Made by a program: the position numbers and the translations under genes
Shown here: in pieces, positions 46,195 to 53,690 of the stretch
Layout of the letters: the number at the start of each line of letters is the position of its first letter
How positions within the stretch are numbered: the stretch's first letter is position 1
The notes under the pieces: model-generated
What the model was told of the DNA's origin: nothing
Databases searched by the model: none
Seen by the model: the letters and a program-made list of their open reading frames with translations, nothing else
From: Bacteroidales bacterium
Lineage (GTDB): Bacteria; Bacteroidota; Bacteroidia; Bacteroidales; UBA7960
Length of the DNA: 64,000 nt
Assembly: GCA_041687035.1 (NCBI GenBank)
Contig: JAWLCS010000008.1
Location: 12,605 to 76,604, forward strand
Direction: 5' to 3'

Positions 46195-46665
46195 ATGAGT
46201 AGAATTGAAGAATTCGTAAAAGAGCAGGCCGATATTCACGGCCGCGAGCGCAACAGCCTTATGCCCATATTGCAGGCTGTAGTGCAGTCGGAGCGTTTTC
46301 TTTCGGAAGATGCCATGGTAGCCATTGCTACCGAGCTCGATCTGAGCACTGCCGATGTGTTTGGCACTGCTTCTTTTTACACTTTTCTCGACACGGTTCC
46401 GCGGGGAAAGAACATTATTCGGGTTTGCAAAACCATTACCTGCCACATGAAGGGCAAAGACGCCATTATTGCCACGCTTGAGGATATGCTCAAGGTGAAA
46501 CTGGGTGAAACCACCTCTGATGGCAAATTTAGCTTGCTGCAAGCCAACTGCCTAGGCTGGTGCCACAAAGGGCCGGTAATGCTGGTAAATGATGAGGTTT
46601 ATCCCGAAATTACCCCCGAAAAAGCCGTGGAAGTCGTTCGTGAGTACCTGAAAAAAACCAAGTAA
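46195..46665 (+). CDS. hydC: NuoE-like thioredoxin-fold [2Fe-2S] subunit of hydrogenase locus 1
   Basis: 156 aa. The Cys pattern CKTITC ... CLGWC and the flanking ASFYTF, GKFSL and GPVMLVND motifs are typical of the NuoE/HydC 24-kDa family. Confidence 0.85.
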   Translation: MSRIEEFVKEQADIHGRERNSLMPILQAVVQSERFLSEDAMVAIATELDLSTADVFGTASFYTFLDTVPRGKNIIRVCKTITCHMKGKDAIIATLEDMLKVKLGETTSDGKFSLLQANCLGWCHKGPVMLVNDEVYPEITPEKAVEVVREYLKKTK

Positions 46666-46718
46666 GATGGCGGCAAGAAGGTGTATTATTTTCAAACCTA
46701 AAAGAAAAACAACCGATT

Positions 46719-47876
46719 ATGGAAAATAAAATAAAAAAAGTAGACCTCATATTCGAAAAAGTTGACCATTTGGCCATTCTTGACAAGTCGTTCAAGCGCA
46801 CCAGCGACGAGATCATTCTCGATGTGATCGATTCGGGCCTCAGGGGCAGGGGAGGCGCAGGCTTTCCAACCGGTCTGAAGTGGAAATTTGCCAAAAATGA
46901 GGAAGCTGATCAGAAGTATGTGATTTGCAATGCCGACGAAGGTGAGCCTGGTACATTCAAAGACCGCGAGATCCTTACCAACGTGCCCGAAAAGGTGCTG
47001 TCAGGCATGGCGCTTTGCGGCAAGGCCATTGGTGCCACCGAAGGTTATATTTACCTCAGGGCCGAGTATAACTTCCTGCTGCCCATGCTTCACGAAAAGA
47101 TGAAAGAATTTAACAAGCAGATGAAGGAACACAATTTCGAATTTACCGTATTTGTTCGTTCGGGCAGTGGCGCTTACGTTTGCGGCGAAGAAACCGCACT
47201 GATGGAATCGATGGAAGGTCACCGCGGAGAACCCCGCAATAAGCCCCCGTTCCCCACGCAGCATGGCTACCTGGGCAAGCCCACTTCCATAAACAACGTG
47301 GAAACCCTGGTGTTTGCGCTGATGATTGCCAATCACGGTCCAAAGATGTTCAAAGAGCTGGGTACCTTCGACTCAAGGGGCTCAAAAGTATTCTCCATTT
47401 CGGGCGATACTCCCAAGGCTGGAATTTACGAGCTTGAACTTGGTATGAGCCTCGAAGATTTTGTAAATGAGTTTGGCGATGGCGACACCAAAGCCGTTCA
47501 GGTGGGTGGTGCCTCCGGATTCTGCGTAGCCCGCAAACACTTTAAGGAAACCCTCATTGGATTTGAAGGAATTCCCACAGGGGGCTCCATGATGCTGTTT
47601 AACAGCTCGCGCTCCATGTTTAATATCCTGCATGATTATCTGGAGTTTTTTGAAGAAGAGTCTTGCGGCCAGTGTAGCCCTTGCCGGATTGGTTGCCAGC
47701 AGCTCCTTAAAGGAATTGAAGCAGTGAAGAAAGGGACCAAATCACCATTATATCTGAATGAACTGCAGAAACTGTCGGAAACCATGAAGATTGCCTCCAA
47801 ATGCGGTCTCGGACAGTCTGTAGGAAACCCCTTCAACTCAATTATCAATAACTTCCGTGAAGAGATCATTTACTAG
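46719..47876 (+). CDS. hydB: Short NuoF-like flavoprotein subunit of hydrogenase locus 1 (FMN/NADH core and one 4Fe-4S site only)
   Basis: 385 aa. Motifs are GLRGRGGAGFPTGLKWKF, CNADEGEPGTFKDR, YVCGEETALMESMEG and ESCGQCSPCR...KCGLGQS. The protein ends right after this cluster site. It has neither the N-terminal 2Fe-2S domain nor the C-terminal 2x[4Fe-4S] ferredoxin domain seen in the 597-aa paralogue at 55457. Confidence 0.85.
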   Translation: MENKIKKVDLIFEKVDHLAILDKSFKRTSDEIILDVIDSGLRGRGGAGFPTGLKWKFAKNEEADQKYVICNADEGEPGTFKDREILTNVPEKVLSGMALCGKAIGATEGYIYLRAEYNFLLPMLHEKMKEFNKQMKEHNFEFTVFVRSGSGAYVCGEETALMESMEGHRGEPRNKPPFPTQHGYLGKPTSINNVETLVFALMIANHGPKMFKELGTFDSRGSKVFSISGDTPKAGIYELELGMSLEDFVNEFGDGDTKAVQVGGASGFCVARKHFKETLIGFEGIPTGGSMMLFNSSRSMFNILHDYLEFFEEESCGQCSPCRIGCQQLLKGIEAVKKGTKSPLYLNELQKLSETMKIASKCGLGQSVGNPFNSIINNFREEIIY

Positions 47877-47913
47877 ACGGATGCAGTTTTAATTTAAAAC
47901 AGGAGAAAAGACA

Positions 47914-49704
47914 ATGAGTAAATATAAAGTTAATCTGAAGATCAATAATATCCCTGTTTCGGTTGATGAGGGTACCACCATTCTGGAGGCCGCTCGCAAA
48001 CTGAACTTCAACATTCCGACCCTATGTCACCACGACGACCTTTGCGTGGCAGGCAACTGCCGGGTTTGTGTGGTTGAACAAAAGGGAGCCCGCCTGCTGC
48101 CCGCATCTTGTGCCACTCCAGTGAGCGAAGGCATGGAAATTTTAACCAACAGCATGAAGGTGCGCCAAGCCCGCAAGCATATTGTTGAGCTCTTGCTTAC
48201 CGAACACAATGCCGATTGTACCAAGTGCTTTAAAAATGGCCATTGTGAGCTCCAGGAAATTTCAAATGAATACCGTATTGGCGACCATGTGTTTATCGAC
48301 CTGGTGAAAGAAAAGGACAAGGTGCAGGATATCTCCAGTCCGGCCATTGCCAAGGACGACAGCAAGTGTATCCGCTGCCAGCGTTGTGTGCGCACCTGTT
48401 CACAGCTGCAGCATGTGAGCGCACTTGCCGTTACCCACAAGGGCAACGAGATGCGTATTTCTACCTTCCTCGATAAGCCAATGAACGATGTGGTTTGCAC
48501 CAACTGCGGTCAGTGCATCAACCGCTGCCCCACAGCAGCCCTTACCGAGCGCAGCTACATCGACCAGGTGTTTGACGTGATTTACGATCCCAATAAATTC
48601 GTGGTGGTGCAGACAGCCCCAGCTACCCGCGTGGCCATTGGCGAAGAGTTTGGCCTGGAGCCCGGCACCCGCGTGACCGGAAAAATGGTGGCCGCTTTGC
48701 GCAGGCTGGGATTCGACAAGGTGCTCGACACCGACTTTACCGCCGACCTAACCATCGTGGAAGAAGGCAACGAGCTGCTTCGTCGCCTAAAGGAAGCCTT
48801 GGTGGATGGTAAAGATGTGGCCCTGCCTATGATGACCAGTTGCTCACCTGGCTGGATCAAATTCCAGGAGCACCTCTATCCCGAATTCCTAGATAACCTT
48901 TCTACTTGCAAGTCGCCCCAGCAAATGTTTGGCCCCCTGGCAAAGACTTATTATGCTGAAAAGGTGAACAAGAATCCCGCCGATATGGTGGTAGTATCAA
49001 TTATGCCTTGTACCGCCAAGAAGTTTGAGGCCGAGCGCCCCGAAATGCGCGGAAGCGGCTATAAAGATGTAGACTTTGTACTGACTACCCGCGAGCTGGG
49101 TATGATGATCCGTCAGGCTGGTATTGACTTCAATAAGCTCGACAACGAAGGCTATGATAGCATCCTGGGCGAGTCGACCGGTGCGGCTGTGATTTTCGGA
49201 GCCACAGGTGGTGTAATGGAAGCGGCCCTGCGTTCGGCTTACGAGATCGTTACTGGTCGCGAAGTGCCCTTCAGCAACCTCAACATTAAGCCTGTTAGGG
49301 GTATGGAAGGCGTGAAGGAAGCTGCCGTGAAAATCAAGGATGTTTTGCCCGAGTGGAAATTCCTTGAAGGCGTTGAGTTAAGGGTGGCTATAGCCCACGG
49401 CCTTGCCAATGCCAAGATACTGATGGACCGCGTGAAGGACGGCACCGCCAATTTCCACTTCATTGAAGTGATGGCTTGCCCCAGCGGATGTATCGGTGGC
49501 GGCGGTCAGCCCATACCAACCAACATGGAGATCCGCAAAAAGCGTGCTGCAGGTATTTACGACGAGGATGAGCACATGGTCATTCGCAAGTCGCACGAAA
49601 ACCCCGAGGTTACGGAGCTTTACCAAAAGTTCCTGCACGAACCGCTGGGACATCGCTCGCACGATTTATTGCACACGCACTACTATCCGCGTAAGAGGCA
49701 TTAA
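47914..49704 (+). CDS. hydA: [FeFe]-hydrogenase catalytic subunit, locus 1 (multidomain, group A3-like architecture)
   Basis: 596 aa. The N-terminus has a 2Fe-2S domain, a His-ligated cluster (EHNADCTKCFKNGHC) and two ferredoxin motifs (CIRCQRCVRTC, CTNCGQCINRCP). H-cluster motifs are L1 TSCSPGW (atypical), L2 MPCTAKKFE and L3 EVMACPSGCIGGGGQP. It has a small-subunit-like C-terminal tail. Confidence 0.9.
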   Translation: MSKYKVNLKINNIPVSVDEGTTILEAARKLNFNIPTLCHHDDLCVAGNCRVCVVEQKGARLLPASCATPVSEGMEILTNSMKVRQARKHIVELLLTEHNADCTKCFKNGHCELQEISNEYRIGDHVFIDLVKEKDKVQDISSPAIAKDDSKCIRCQRCVRTCSQLQHVSALAVTHKGNEMRISTFLDKPMNDVVCTNCGQCINRCPTAALTERSYIDQVFDVIYDPNKFVVVQTAPATRVAIGEEFGLEPGTRVTGKMVAALRRLGFDKVLDTDFTADLTIVEEGNELLRRLKEALVDGKDVALPMMTSCSPGWIKFQEHLYPEFLDNLSTCKSPQQMFGPLAKTYYAEKVNKNPADMVVVSIMPCTAKKFEAERPEMRGSGYKDVDFVLTTRELGMMIRQAGIDFNKLDNEGYDSILGESTGAAVIFGATGGVMEAALRSAYEIVTGREVPFSNLNIKPVRGMEGVKEAAVKIKDVLPEWKFLEGVELRVAIAHGLANAKILMDRVKDGTANFHFIEVMACPSGCIGGGGQPIPTNMEIRKKRAAGIYDEDEHMVIRKSHENPEVTELYQKFLHEPLGHRSHDLLHTHYYPRKRH

Positions 49705-49725
49705 TGCCCTCAGAAACTGAGTGAG

Positions 49726-49847
49726 GAGGGGTTGTTACAGCGCCCTTACCCGGGATCATTGCCAGGAATTGCTGCTCTTGCTCTGCAACCGGCAGCCATA
49801 ACTGGGAAAAGGCCTGGGAAGGTACCCTGAAACAACCCCTCTTTTTT
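49726..49847 (+). terminator. Terminator-like long hairpin 3' of hydA locus 1
   Basis: A perfect 11-bp outer stem GAGGGGTTGTT (49726-49736) / AACAACCCCTC (49831-49841) is followed by T6. It encloses about 94 nt that can form further nested pairs (CCAGG/CCTGG, GCTGC/GCAGC). Confidence 0.5.
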
Positions 49848-50024
49848 ACCAGAGGGTTCTATTCACGAAAAAAATCAGGTAATAACATACAGGTTTCTGA
49901 AATTTTTATTAAATTTATTCTGTAATACTGTTTTGATTCTTTTTTACTTGAAAACAACAAGTTTCTGGTTCATAGCAAGTTGCAATCGAAAACAAGCAAA
50001 TAAACAGCACTCGAAACAACCAAG

Positions 50025-50042
50025 TTGTTAATTAAATAACAA
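50025..50042. promoter_or_regulatory. Weaker Rex-like palindrome upstream of rex (possible autoregulation)
   Basis: TTGTTAA-TTAA-ATAACAA has three mismatches to TTGTGAA-N4-TTCACAA. A lone TTGTGAA half-site lies at 50068-50074, next to the candidate -7 box. Confidence 0.3.
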
Positions 50043-50080
50043 TTTAATGTTTTTGCTTGTTGTTGAATTGTGAAAAAATA

Positions 50081-50088
50081 TAACTTTG
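50081..50088 (+). promoter_or_regulatory. Candidate -7 promoter box for rex
   Basis: TAACTTTG matches TAnnTTTG, about 115 nt upstream of the rex ATG. Confidence 0.3.
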
Positions 50089-50202
50089 CAATAAAGAAAT
50101 AATTCGGCAATAGCAGCTCTTAAGCCATCGAAGAAAGACGAAAGATGTTTTGTTGATGGCTAACGATCAGTGAATTAAGAAACCAAAAAGGAAACACCCC
50201 AT

Positions 50203-50856
50203 ATGAAGCTCCCGAACAACAACATGCAAAAGGCCGATGGGCAGGCAGTGCCAGAGCCCACACTGAGGCGTTTACCTGGTTATCTCAGTTACTTCAAGTC
50301 GCTCAAGATCAATAATATTGAGTTTGTGTCGAGCAGTCAGATCGCGGCCACTTTTAATATGGATGCCACCCTGGTTACCAAGGACCTCTCTTATACGGGT
50401 GTGAAGGGTCGCACAAAAATTGGCTACAGTGTGGATAAGCTCATTGAAAACATTGTGGTATTCCTTGATTTTAACACCCAGGAAAACGCTTTTCTGTTTG
50501 GAGTAGGTAACCTTGGCAAGGCGCTCATTAACTATGATGGGCTGAAGCAATATGGGTTGAAAATTGTGGCTGGGTTCGATATAAATCCCACCATTATTGG
50601 CTCACAGGTTAAAGAAGTGAAGATATTTGGGGTAGACGATTTCCGTGATCTGTCGCGTAAAACGCCTGCCCGCATTGGCATTATCACTACCCCTGATCAT
50701 CGCGCCCAGGAAACCGCTGACCTTATGGTGGCTTGGGGCATTAAAGCCATATGGAACTTTACCCCCCAGTCTATAAAAGTACCCGAAAATATTATCGTGG
50801 AAAACACAAGTATTTACTCCGATCTGGCGGTCATTTTAAATAAGCTGAACCGATAG
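50203..50856 (+). CDS. rex: Redox-sensing transcriptional repressor Rex
   Basis: 217 aa. It has an N-terminal winged helix (TLRRLPGYLSYFKSL...VSSSQIA) and a Rossmann NAD(H) site (LFGVGNLGKALINY). It lies between the two hydrogenase loci. Confidence 0.9.
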   Translation: MKLPNNNMQKADGQAVPEPTLRRLPGYLSYFKSLKINNIEFVSSSQIAATFNMDATLVTKDLSYTGVKGRTKIGYSVDKLIENIVVFLDFNTQENAFLFGVGNLGKALINYDGLKQYGLKIVAGFDINPTIIGSQVKEVKIFGVDDFRDLSRKTPARIGIITTPDHRAQETADLMVAWGIKAIWNFTPQSIKVPENIIVENTSIYSDLAVILNKLNR

Positions 50857-51026
50857 AAACCAGATTGGCGCGTTCCTTTTTCAATATTGACGCCCCTTTC
50901 CTCATCTAAGCAGTCTGCTACTTAGACTGTTTATAAATTACAGGGTCCGTTTAACCAAAAATTACTTCAGTCGATAAATATCAATGCCTGGCAAAGTTTC
51001 GGGCTTGGTTTGTCTGTTTTTTTATA

Positions 51027-51044
51027 ATGTGAAAAAATTAACAA
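51027..51044. promoter_or_regulatory. Candidate Rex operator upstream of the sensory cassette and hydrogenase locus 2
   Basis: ATGTGAA-AAAA-TTAACAA compared with the Rex operator consensus TTGTGAA-N4-TTCACAA has two mismatches. It sits just upstream of a TTTG (51050-51053) and a TAATTTTG (51074-51081) promoter pair. Confidence 0.45.
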
Positions 51045-51073
51045 CTTTCTTTGGTTTTTGACTATTAAGTAGT

Positions 51074-51081
51074 TAATTTTG
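51074..51081 (+). promoter_or_regulatory. Candidate Bacteroidota -7 promoter box for the cassette/hydrogenase-2 operon
   Basis: TAATTTTG matches TAnnTTTG. A TTTG lies 20 nt upstream. The box is about 100 nt before the first start codon. Confidence 0.4.
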
Positions 51082-51180
51082 CAGTGGTTTTTGATAGTGC
51101 CCTGAAATGCAAAGTTTTGCACGCTAGCTTCGGGCAGGCAGGGCACCTGAAATCTGGCGAGATTTAATCAAGAAAACAGA

Positions 51181-51525
51181 ATGAAGGTAGCGGATATAGT
51201 TAAATTGGTTGACGGTAAGTTGATTTGCGGCGTGGACCGACTCGATTACACCATCGAGGTGGCTTTTGCTTCCGATCTTATGAGCGATGTGCTCACGCTA
51301 AAAAATGATCATGTATTGCTCATTACCGGGCTCAACAATATGCAAATCATCCGTACTGCTGAGATGTCCGATATTAATTGTATTATCCTTGCCCGCAACA
51401 AAAAAGCAAGCGAGGAGATGCTTGAGCTGGCGCGCGAAAATGAGTTGATCATTATTGAGTGCCGTTATTCTGTTTTCAAAACCTGCGGTCTACTTTTCGA
51501 AGCCGGCGTAAAACCGATCTTTTAA
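51181..51525 (+). CDS. DRTGG-domain protein (first copy)
   Basis: 114 aa. The pattern LLITGLNNMQIIRTAEMSDINCIILARNKKASEEMLELARENELIIIE is consistent with the DRTGG fold. The family call is from memory of similar hydrogenase-linked genes. Confidence 0.6.
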   Translation: MKVADIVKLVDGKLICGVDRLDYTIEVAFASDLMSDVLTLKNDHVLLITGLNNMQIIRTAEMSDINCIILARNKKASEEMLELARENELIIIECRYSVFKTCGLLFEAGVKPIF

Positions 51526-51528
51526 ATA

Positions 51529-51963
51529 ATGAGCCACGATTCGCATACCATGCATTTTGAGTTTAATGTAGAGGGTGGAAACTTTACTCGTGCCGGTTAT
51601 GCCTCGAGCGAGATAAAGAAGATCCTGAAGCAACTTAACGTGGATATGGCAATCGTTAAGCGCACCGTGGTGGCCTGTTATGAAGCCGAAGTCAATGTGG
51701 TGGCTCATGCATACAGTGGCACCATTTACGTCGATGTCAGCACCGAATCCATCACCATAAAATTGGTTGACGAAGGCCCTGGCATTGCTGATATTGACCT
51801 GGCCATGCAGGAAGGTTATTCCACGGCCAGCAGCAAGGTGCGCGAAATGGGCTTTGGTGCCGGAATGGGCTTGCCCAATATTAAGAAGAATGCCGACAAA
51901 CTGGAGATATCCAGCCAGGTAAATAAAGGAACAACACTCGAAATAACCATGTTTTTTAATTAG
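51529..51963 (+). CDS. Small HATPase_c protein, RsbW/SpoIIAB-like serine kinase (anti-sigma-factor-like)
   Basis: 144 aa. N-box-like ACYEAEVNVVAHA and G-boxes DEGPGIADID and GFGAGMGLPNI. There is no sensor or DHp domain. Confidence 0.7.
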   Translation: MSHDSHTMHFEFNVEGGNFTRAGYASSEIKKILKQLNVDMAIVKRTVVACYEAEVNVVAHAYSGTIYVDVSTESITIKLVDEGPGIADIDLAMQEGYSTASSKVREMGFGAGMGLPNIKKNADKLEISSQVNKGTTLEITMFFN

Positions 51964-51968
51964 AACCC

Positions 51969-53342
51969 ATGGCAGTAAAGTACTTCCATCACGCACTTAA
52001 ATTCCGCAAGGAGGTCTGCATAGGCTGCTCCCATTGCATGAATGTGTGTCCTACCGAGGCCATTCGCATTCATGGGGGCAAAGCCGAACTGACCGACAAC
52101 CGATGCGTGGATTGCGGGAAGTGCTACATGGCCTGCCCGGTGGGTGCCATAATTGTGGAGCAGGACGACTTCAGCCGTATTTTCGAGTTTGAGCACCGCG
52201 TGGCCCTTATTCCCAATGTGTTGCTGGGCCAGTTTCCTGAAAAGGTTTCAATTAATCAGATTTGCAGCGTTTTGCATGAACTTGGCTTCACCCATATTTT
52301 TGAAGTGGAGCATGGCACCCGTATTCTGCAGGGCGCCATGGAAGAGTATATGCAACAGTACCCCGAAAAAAAGCCGCTTATATCCACTTTCTGCCCGGCA
52401 ATTGTGCGATTGATCCAGGTACAATTTCCGGCCATGACCGAAAACCTCATGCTGCTTAAAGCTCCGCTTGATATCGCAGCAACGTACTTCCGCAAAAAAT
52501 TGATTGACCAGGGTGCCAAAGCCGATGAGATCGGAATTTTTTACATTACGCCCTGCGCCGCCAAAATTGCGGCCGTAAAAAGCCCCGTAGGTGATGAAAC
52601 GTCGGACATTACTGGAGTGATCAACATGGACTTTATTTTTAATAAGGTATATACCAGTGTGAAGCAGGGCCATTTGGGCAAAACCACCTGTCAGGTACCT
52701 TCACTTTCGGCCCTCGAGCCGCAGGAGATGCTATGGAGTCTTACCGAGGGCGAATCCTCACGGATGCCCGGACGGGCGCTGGCCATTGACGAAATCAGCA
52801 ATGTTATTGAGTTTCTGGAGCGCCTCGAAAACGAAGAGAACCGCGACATTGATTTTCTGGAACTCAGGGCTTGCGACCAGAGCTGTGCCGGCGGTATTCT
52901 TACCAGTGGCAACCGGTTCTTTACTGTAGAGCGTTTGAGGAAACGCGCAGAAGAGGCCAGCAGCGAGCAGCCAGGAGAAGGACTGAAGCAGGAAGCTGCC
53001 TCCATGATGCAGTACCGCGATTTCCTTATTGAAAATATTGGCGTGAAAAAGGTGTTGCCCCGGTCAATGGACAAGCTCGATGACGATACCAAACGCGCCT
53101 TGCTCAAGATGCAAATGGTGCGTGAAATCATGAAGTCGTTGCCTTATGTAGACTGCGGCCTTTGTGGTTCGCCCACCTGCAACGCCCTGGCACAGGACAT
53201 TGCGCAGGGGCGCGCCGAGATCACCCATTGCATCTTCGTCCAAAAGAAATACGAACAAAAGGAATGGCTCAGCCACAACGAAAGCATGGAAATCATGAAG
53301 GAGATTTGGGGCGACGATAAGTTTGGCGAACAGAAAAACTAA
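51969..53342 (+). CDS. Sensory-type [FeFe]-hydrogenase-like Fe-S protein (2x[4Fe-4S] ferredoxin, degenerate H-domain, C-terminal Cx2Cx4Cx16C domain)
   Basis: 457 aa. Ferredoxin motifs are CIGCSHCMNVCP and CVDCGKCYMACP. H-domain-like motifs are STFCPAIV (vs TSCCPxW), ITPCAAKIAA (vs MPCxxKxxE) and ELRACDQSCAGG (vs ExMACxxGCxxGGGQP). The C-terminal CGLCGSPTCNALAQDIAQGRAEITHC resembles the RnfB-type 4Fe-4S domain. Confidence 0.75.
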   Translation: MAVKYFHHALKFRKEVCIGCSHCMNVCPTEAIRIHGGKAELTDNRCVDCGKCYMACPVGAIIVEQDDFSRIFEFEHRVALIPNVLLGQFPEKVSINQICSVLHELGFTHIFEVEHGTRILQGAMEEYMQQYPEKKPLISTFCPAIVRLIQVQFPAMTENLMLLKAPLDIAATYFRKKLIDQGAKADEIGIFYITPCAAKIAAVKSPVGDETSDITGVINMDFIFNKVYTSVKQGHLGKTTCQVPSLSALEPQEMLWSLTEGESSRMPGRALAIDEISNVIEFLERLENEENRDIDFLELRACDQSCAGGILTSGNRFFTVERLRKRAEEASSEQPGEGLKQEAASMMQYRDFLIENIGVKKVLPRSMDKLDDDTKRALLKMQMVREIMKSLPYVDCGLCGSPTCNALAQDIAQGRAEITHCIFVQKKYEQKEWLSHNESMEIMKEIWGDDKFGEQKN

Positions 53343-53354
53343 AGATATTACACC

Positions 53355-53690
53355 ATGACGGTAGCAGAAGTAGCAGAAAAGCTTGGATTGAAAGTGTACA
53401 GCGGAAAGAACGGACTGAACCGTAAGGTTACAGGCGGTTATGTGTCCGATCTGCTGAGCGACGTAATGGGCAATGCCGATGCAGGCGAGATTTGGATCAC
53501 CCTGCAAACGCATAAGAATGTGATGGCCATTGCCTCTTTGAAAGATTTAGCAGCCATTATCCTGGTTTCGGACCATAAGCCCGAGCAGGATACGGCCATT
53601 CAGAGCAATGAGGAGGAGATACCGATTCTGGGTACCAGCCTCCCCACCTTTGAAATCAGCGGAAAGCTCTTTGAATTATTGAAAAAATGA
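53355..53690 (+). CDS. DRTGG-domain protein (second copy)
   Basis: 111 aa. Its N-terminal half is clearly paralogous to the first copy (GYVSDLLSDVMGNA vs AFASDLMSDVLTLK). It overlaps the next gene by 4 nt (ATGA). Confidence 0.6.
   Translation: MTVAEVAEKLGLKVYSGKNGLNRKVTGGYVSDLLSDVMGNADAGEIWITLQTHKNVMAIASLKDLAAIILVSDHKPEQDTAIQSNEEEIPILGTSLPTFEISGKLFELLKK

Noticed and set aside
50068-50084. TTGTGAAAAAATATAAC as a full Rex box upstream of rex
   Set aside because: Only the left half-site matches. The right half (TATAAC versus TTCACA) has four mismatches, so I record it only as a half-site.
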